The notes beneath the pieces are model-generated. The model saw only the letters and a list, made by a program, of their open reading frames with translations. It made no database searches and was not told the DNA's origin. From contig JADFZM010000003.1 in assembly GCA_015232535.1 (NCBI GenBank), positions 1-58,649 on the forward strand: a stretch of 58,649 bases of DNA. Direction: 5' to 3'. How positions within the stretch are numbered: position 1 is the first letter of the stretch; every line of letters begins with the position of its first letter. Source of the stretch: Candidatus Omnitrophota bacterium. GTDB taxonomy: Bacteria > Omnitrophota > Gorgyraeia > Zapsychrales > Zapsychraceae. The position numbers were made by a program, and so were the translations under genes. This document shows, one piece after another, positions 53,848-58,649 of this stretch.

Positions 53848-55491
53848 ATGTTTGTCCCAAAGCTATTCACAACTCTTAAGGATTATTCCCGGGAGAGCTT
53901 TTTTAAGGATTTAACAGCGGGTATTATCGTCGGTATTGTGGCCATACCTTTGGCCATTGCTTTCGCTATCGCGAGCGGGGTTTCTCCGCAAAACGGATTG
54001 ATAACCGCGATCGTAGCCGGATTCCTTGTTTCTGTCCTAGGCGGGAGCCGCGTTCAGATCGGCGGGCCGACCGGCGCTTTTATCGTTATTGTTTACGGGA
54101 TCGTACAGAAATACGGCAATGAAGGCCTTATTATCGCCACTTTTATCGCCGGAATTCTGCTTATTGTTATGGGTTTGGCAAAATTCGGAACGATCATCAA
54201 ATTTATCCCGCATTCGGTGATCGTCGGGTTTACCAGCGGAATCGCATTGATAATCTTTTCTTCCCAGGTTAAGGATTTTCTGGGATTGTCTATCGACACA
54301 ATTCCCGCTGATTTTATCGAAAAATGGAAGCTCTTCATTGTTAATCTGCACACCGTTAATTATTGGGCGGTTTTATTGTCTTTATTGACCGTTTTAATTA
54401 TTGTGATCTGGCCGAAAGTTTCCAGGGAATTGCCGGGCGGGCTGGTTGCGATCATCGTGACTTCTTTTTTGGTCAGCTTTTTTAACTTACCGGTCGAAAC
54501 AATAGGTTCGCGCTTCGGCAGCCTGCCGCATTCTTTGCCTGTGCCGCATCTTCCAAGAATCGATATGCAGGTAATCCGCGAGCTTTTTCAGCCGGCGTTT
54601 ACTATCGCTCTTTTGGGGGCGATAGAATCCCTGCTTTCCGCGGTGGTTGCCGACGGAATGATAGGAGGCAAGCACCGTTCGAATATGGAGCTTGTCGCTC
54701 AGGGGGTGTCGAATATCGGCTCGGCACTTTTTGGCGGGATGCCGGCAACGGGTGCGATCGCCCGTACGGTTACTAATATCCGTAACGGCGGGAGGACCCC
54801 GATCGCCGGAATTGTTCATGCTATCACGGTACTGATCGTTCTTCTTCTCTTCGGAAAGCTCATAACAAAAGTTCCTTTTGCCTGCCTGGCGGGGATATTG
54901 GTTGTTATTGCGTATTACATGAGCGAATGGCGTTCCTTCCGGGAACTTTTAAACGGGTCAAAAGGCGGGAAAATAATCCTTCTTTCCACCTTTTTTGTTA
55001 CTATTTTTATCGATCTTCCCTCGGCTATAGAGCTAGGAGTGATCCTTTCCGCGTTTCTTTTTATGAAAAGAATGTCGGATGCGACAACGATACAAATATA
55101 TGCTAAGGAGATCGAAAGCGATGATAATAACGGAGAAGAACTAAGCGCTAAATTCGTGATTCCGGATGGGGTGCAGGTCTATGAGGTAAACGGACCCTTA
55201 TTTTTCGGGGCGGCCAATCATTTCGATGAGATTGACTTAAGCCTCAGCGGGAAGCCGAAGGTGAGAATATTGAGGTTTAGAAATGTTCCCTTGATCGACT
55301 CAACAGGAATGCATGCCTTAAAATGTTTCTATCAAAAATGCAAACGAAGCGGAATAAGGCTTATTATAACCGGTTTGCATGTCCAGCCCCTAAACGAAGT
55401 TGTTAAATCAAACCTTTATGACCTGATCGGCGAAGACAATGTCTTCTCCAGCATGAAAGAGTCGATCGAGAAGGCCAAAAGTTACCTCTAA
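53848..55491 (+). CDS. SulP family inorganic anion transporter with C-terminal STAS domain
   Basis: The motifs are DLTAGIIVGIVAIPLAIAFAIASGV, GGSRVQIGGPTGAF and GAIARTVTNIRNGGRTP. The STAS tail is VYEVNGPLFFGAANHF...LRFRNVPLIDSTG. Confidence 0.92.
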   Translation: MFVPKLFTTLKDYSRESFFKDLTAGIIVGIVAIPLAIAFAIASGVSPQNGLITAIVAGFLVSVLGGSRVQIGGPTGAFIVIVYGIVQKYGNEGLIIATFIAGILLIVMGLAKFGTIIKFIPHSVIVGFTSGIALIIFSSQVKDFLGLSIDTIPADFIEKWKLFIVNLHTVNYWAVLLSLLTVLIIVIWPKVSRELPGGLVAIIVTSFLVSFFNLPVETIGSRFGSLPHSLPVPHLPRIDMQVIRELFQPAFTIALLGAIESLLSAVVADGMIGGKHRSNMELVAQGVSNIGSALFGGMPATGAIARTVTNIRNGGRTPIAGIVHAITVLIVLLLFGKLITKVPFACLAGILVVIAYYMSEWRSFRELLNGSKGGKIILLSTFFVTIFIDLPSAIELGVILSAFLFMKRMSDATTIQIYAKEIESDDNNGEELSAKFVIPDGVQVYEVNGPLFFGAANHFDEIDLSLSGKPKVRILRFRNVPLIDSTGMHALKCFYQKCKRSGIRLIITGLHVQPLNEVVKSNLYDLIGEDNVFSSMKESIEKAKSYL

Positions 55492-55845
55492 AAAATTACC
55501 GGTCCTTTTTCTATCAATAAAAATTTTAGGACTCAATTATTGAGATTAATTGTAAATAATTTTATCACGATTATAAGTTATTGCGGTGAAATGATTTACG
55601 TATGTGTAATTTTCTTTGCTCGCTTGCCATCGCAAAATTACATATGTTATACTTAATTCAAGTTCCAAAAGTTCTTAATTTTTAGGCCCACGCCACGGAT
55701 AACCTAAAATAATTATGGGTTATGCTGTCTTTTGCTATACCCCAATTGAATCCTGATTTTTCCAAGTAATTTATTTTTAAATATTTTTTATTTAAAAAGA
55801 TAAAAGATAGTGGATATCATAATTTAAAATCAAGGAGAAATTAAA

Positions 55846-58649
55846 ATGATCAGGTTTATAGAAAACAAAAAACAAACAAAATATCACCGCTTAATTTGCG
55901 CTGTGGTGCTTATCGCCTTTGTCTTTACTGGCATAATCCCGCCTTCTTACGCGCAAATAGCCGCACAGACTGTATTGAACCTGCCTGTGCCGGGGGCGAT
56001 GGTGCCGGTGAGCTCCGGCTACATACCTACTCTAATAAAGGGGATCACTATACATCCCGAAAACCAACTTCTCTTTGATTTTATTGTGGATACCGGAGAC
56101 AGCCAGTTGCAGGGGAAAGAGCTGACCGATGAAGCGGTCAAACTTATCAAATATTTTCTTGCTTCTTTGACCGTTCCGGAAGATGAAATGTGGGTCAACC
56201 TGTCCCCTTATGAGAAAGACCGTGTTGTTCCCGATGGATTCGGAGTAACCGAAATGGGCCGCGACCTTTTGGCGCAGGATTACATTTTAAAACAGCTTAC
56301 CTCGACGCTTGTTTACCCTGAAGATGAATTAGGCAAAACGTTCTGGGCGCGGGTATACGAAAAGACTCAAAAAGAATTTAATACAACTGATATCCCGATG
56401 AATACCTTTAACAAGATATGGATATTACCGGAAAAAGCGGCTGTTTACGAGCACGGCAACAGCGTTTTTGTCGTTGAAAGCCATTTGAAGGTCATGCTCG
56501 AGGAAGACTTTGTGGCTTTAAATAAGAATTTAGGTATAAAAAGTTTCGGCCTTGAGGGCGTTGAAAAAGAATCCGCTGAAAAATACAGTGCGGTATCAAG
56601 CAAAATTATCAAAGAAATATTAATTCCTGAGATTGAGAAAGAAGTTAATGAAGGTAAAAACTTTGCGCAGTTGAGGCAAATTTATAATTCGGTCATCTTA
56701 GCCAGCTGGTATAAAGAGAATTTAAAGGAAAGCTTGTTGGGACAGGTTTATGTCGGGAAGAATAAGACATTCGGCGTGGATGTTGAGGATAAAGAAATCA
56801 AACAAAGGATTTATAATCAGTATTTAGAGGCTTTTAAGAAAGGCGTTTACAACTATATTAAGGAAGATTATGACTCTCAAACAAAGACTATTATCCCCAG
56901 GAAATATTTTTCCGGCGGTTCAAAGATGGGTAATGTAAAAGTTGCCAAAAGAAGCGGTAATGACGTGGCAATGTTGGCCTCGCGCAAAAATGGCGATGTT
57001 TTAGATTTTAGAACAAATTTAGCCGATGCGGGAGAGGGCGCTTTACCTGGTGCAATAGCAGAAGCCGATCGCTTTGCAGAAGAGGCCAGCTCTGGGCTTT
57101 CCTTAATAGCCGTTGAGCCGGGGACCGATGAGGCTATTTTCGGCCAAACCACAATAGAATTAAATGGACGGCAAGTTTATACCAGCGAATTAAAGAGTAT
57201 ACTTGAAGCGATGGGCGATGATTTGCTGACCCAAAATGTTGCGCAAGCCGCCGGCCCGCAAGGCCAGGCATCAGAGGATGTCAGAATTCTGAGGTTCAAT
57301 GTGCTAGAACGCTTGGTTGATGCAAGAATGACACAGGCAGTTACTAGGCCCTTGAGCGGTGAAAATCCTCTCAATTATGTTGAATTCAGCAAAGAGCTAT
57401 TAGCCTCATTAGTTGAATACCTAAAACCAAGTGAAACCGGAGCACGCCTTGTCATAAATGGTGCTGAGATGTATTTAGAATGGAAACAAGCATATAAAGA
57501 AGCTGACAGTTCTTTTATTATTAATAAAGCCAGATTTTGGGTTGATTTTCGTAGAAAAGTAGCAGATGAAGAGGAACGCCTAATGAGGGATTTTCATCGG
57601 GGGTTTCTGGATTATAGGCTGGTTGAGTTATCCCGTTTCCTGGAAAATAAAGTTTTAAATGTAGAGGTAACTTCCTTCACAATGCGAAGTGGAAGTATGG
57701 GATTAGAATGGGAGGAAGATGAGGGACACTTGAAATTTTCTATTAGGCAAGGAAAACTAGAAATAATATTCAATGATAAGGACGTTGTTTATACTAGTCT
57801 CATCTCATACAAGAGCCCAGTTCAAGTCCTTAGGGAAATCTTGGATGTCAGCAATTACCAAAACAAAAGAAATTTAGAAATAAAGTTAACTGACCAAACC
57901 GTGAAAATAATCACAGATAAAATAAGGGAATTAGAATCCCGTGAGGCCGCGATAAAAGATATGGCCGATAATGTTAAAAAAGGCGGGGACATCGTTGGAT
58001 TGCACTCTTGGGCGGACGAAGATACCCTGGCCGGTTTCACCGCCGCAAAGAAAGCCGGTCTTAATCCTGAGTTAAAAGGCCCACAGCAGACAAATCGGGT
58101 GCGTTCGCAAAATCCCCAAGCAATATTATTACAGACCGTAAAAAAGGGCGGATTATCCGAAGCTGTCAGAGCCGGGGCGGATGTTTTAATCTCCTCTGAA
58201 ATGCTCTTGAAAGGAGAAATAGCTCAAGCCCGCGAAGACGCAAAAGAAAAGAATATCCTGATAATTGCCGGTATTAACACACAGCCCAAAGAAGGGGAGA
58301 TTTCTGTTCAAAGTCAAATCGCCATGGCCTTCAAAAATGGAGCCGACGGCGTAAAATTCAAACCCGCCGGTAGAGGGCTGGAATACAAGGTCCTTGATTG
58401 GATTGAAATTGTCCGTGAAAGATATCCAACAATGATTATTATGGTAGCCGGAGGCGTGACCAATCAAAACCGTAATCAATTCGGGCCCGATGTCATCGCC
58501 GGAATTGGAGCGGATTCGCTTCGTGAAATTAATTCGATAGCTAATTGGGCAGTTAAAAAAACAACCACCGACACCTCCATGCTGGCCACTTACAAACTGC
58601 CCAAAGGGACGATGGAATTCGGCGGAGAAGTTGTAGGGATCCTTGCTTT
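55846..58649 (+). CDS. Third giant-family ORF, 3'-partial (at least 934 codons, no stop in window): signal peptide + conserved N-module + unassigned region + aldolase-like TIM-barrel segment
   Basis: This ORF is absent from the supplied track. I translated the frame starting at ATG 55846 (RBS AAGGAG 8 nt upstream) codon by codon to nt 58649 and found no stop. The N-terminus is MIRFIENKKQTKYHRLICAVVLIAFVFTGIIPPSYA|QI, and it then parallels ORF2. Confidence 0.9.
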   Translation, partial: MIRFIENKKQTKYHRLICAVVLIAFVFTGIIPPSYAQIAAQTVLNLPVPGAMVPVSSGYIPTLIKGITIHPENQLLFDFIVDTGDSQLQGKELTDEAVKLIKYFLASLTVPEDEMWVNLSPYEKDRVVPDGFGVTEMGRDLLAQDYILKQLTSTLVYPEDELGKTFWARVYEKTQKEFNTTDIPMNTFNKIWILPEKAAVYEHGNSVFVVESHLKVMLEEDFVALNKNLGIKSFGLEGVEKESAEKYSAVSSKIIKEILIPEIEKEVNEGKNFAQLRQIYNSVILASWYKENLKESLLGQVYVGKNKTFGVDVEDKEIKQRIYNQYLEAFKKGVYNYIKEDYDSQTKTIIPRKYFSGGSKMGNVKVAKRSGNDVAMLASRKNGDVLDFRTNLADAGEGALPGAIAEADRFAEEASSGLSLIAVEPGTDEAIFGQTTIELNGRQVYTSELKSILEAMGDDLLTQNVAQAAGPQGQASEDVRILRFNVLERLVDARMTQAVTRPLSGENPLNYVEFSKELLASLVEYLKPSETGARLVINGAEMYLEWKQAYKEADSSFIINKARFWVDFRRKVADEEERLMRDFHRGFLDYRLVELSRFLENKVLNVEVTSFTMRSGSMGLEWEEDEGHLKFSIRQGKLEIIFNDKDVVYTSLISYKSPVQVLREILDVSNYQNKRNLEIKLTDQTVKIITDKIRELESREAAIKDMADNVKKGGDIVGLHSWADEDTLAGFTAAKKAGLNPELKGPQQTNRVRSQNPQAILLQTVKKGGLSEAVRAGADVLISSEMLLKGEIAQAREDAKEKNILIIAGINTQPKEGEISVQSQIAMAFKNGADGVKFKPAGRGLEYKVLDWIEIVRERYPTMIIMVAGGVTNQNRNQFGPDVIAGIGADSLREINSIANWAVKKTTTDTSMLATYKLPKGTMEFGGEVVGILA
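55954..56919 (+). other. Conserved ~320-aa N-terminal module (copy 2), shared with ORF2
   Basis: The module reads LIKGITIHPENQLLFDFIVDTGD...KLIKYFLASLTVPEDEMWVNLSPYEKDRVVPD...MGRDLLAQDYILKQLTSTLVYPEDELG...SHLKVMLEEDFVAL...IEKEVNEGKNFAQLRQ...NLKESLLGQVYV...PRKYFSGG. Confidence 0.85.
57960..58560 (+). other. Possible KDPG-aldolase-like / phosphate-binding TIM-barrel segment in ORF3
   Basis: ILIIAGINTQ...AMAFKNGADGVKFKPAG...RERYPTMIIMVAGGVTNQN resembles the GA..vKfFPa ... ptGGv..(d)N pattern of Eda-type aldolases. This is a weak by-eye call. Confidence 0.3.

Noticed and set aside
55774-55798. A perfect 9-bp inverted repeat, TTTTTAAAT-N7-ATTTAAAAA, upstream of ORF3. A second inverted repeat, TGTAATTTT/AAAATTACA, lies at 55605..55642.
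   Set aside because: The first consists only of A/T in a very AT-rich spacer, so chance symmetry is likely. The second is more specific, but it has a 20-nt loop and no T-run. I cannot assign a function to either.
1-58649. A search for rRNA, tRNA, CRISPR arrays, IS elements, transposase/integrase genes and prophage genes.
   Set aside because: Inspection of all intergenic spacers found no cloverleaf-like or rRNA-like segments and no spaced direct-repeat arrays. No ORF shows DDE transposase, tyrosine/serine recombinase or phage structural motifs. This was by-eye inspection only, so small ncRNAs cannot be excluded.

Overview
This 58.6-kb window is bacterial. An origin in an uncultivated anaerobic, Omnitrophota/PVC-like lineage is only a guess from gene content and the giant ORFs. 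I can support 39 CDS, one of them frameshifted, and all lie on the + strand. The minus-strand track ORFs look like antisense shadows. Gene order: (i) two tandem giant ORFs, 1..8094 (5'-open, at least 2697 codons) and 8183..13705 (1840 aa); (ii) a DUF134-acr3-arsC arsenic operon; (iii) CBS, PNPOx-like, MarR, lipoprotein and membrane-protein genes; (iv) a tightly overlapping 7-gene phospholipid scavenging/remodelling operon (LplT-PlsC-Aas triple fusion, a/b hydrolase, membrane hexapeptide-repeat protein, CDP-alcohol phosphatidyltransferase, CdsA, PlsC, membrane protein); (v) a sensor kinase with two receivers, GTP-PEPCK, then Hpt, a receiver and a 1716-aa hybrid kinase; (vi) a DEAD-box helicase and a PabB-like gene; (vii) an AbrB-TolC-MacA-MacB-MFS operon, cspA, a MarR-TolC-MFP(frameshifted)-RND-PII-like operon, and SulP; (viii) a third giant ORF at 55846..>58649 that is missing from the ORF track because it has no stop codon in the window. 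The main discovery candidate is that the three giant ORFs form one family with constant ends and variable enzymatic middles. ORF2 and ORF3 share a signal peptide plus a ~320-aa N-terminal module. ORF1 and ORF2 share a 70-aa C-terminal module that ends S-x-L-N-stop. The middles are unrelated mosaics of nucleotide/RNA-acting domains: Nudix, CMP-kinase-like, nucleoside-phosphorylase-like, 2H phosphoesterase, PEP-utilising dikinase, pseudokinase-like, HEAT, CCA/polyA-type nucleotidyltransferase and an aldolase-like TIM barrel. I recognise neither constant module as a known sorting or trafficking domain. I saw no rRNA, tRNA, CRISPR array, transposase or integrase. All domain calls are by-eye motif recognition, and no database search was run.
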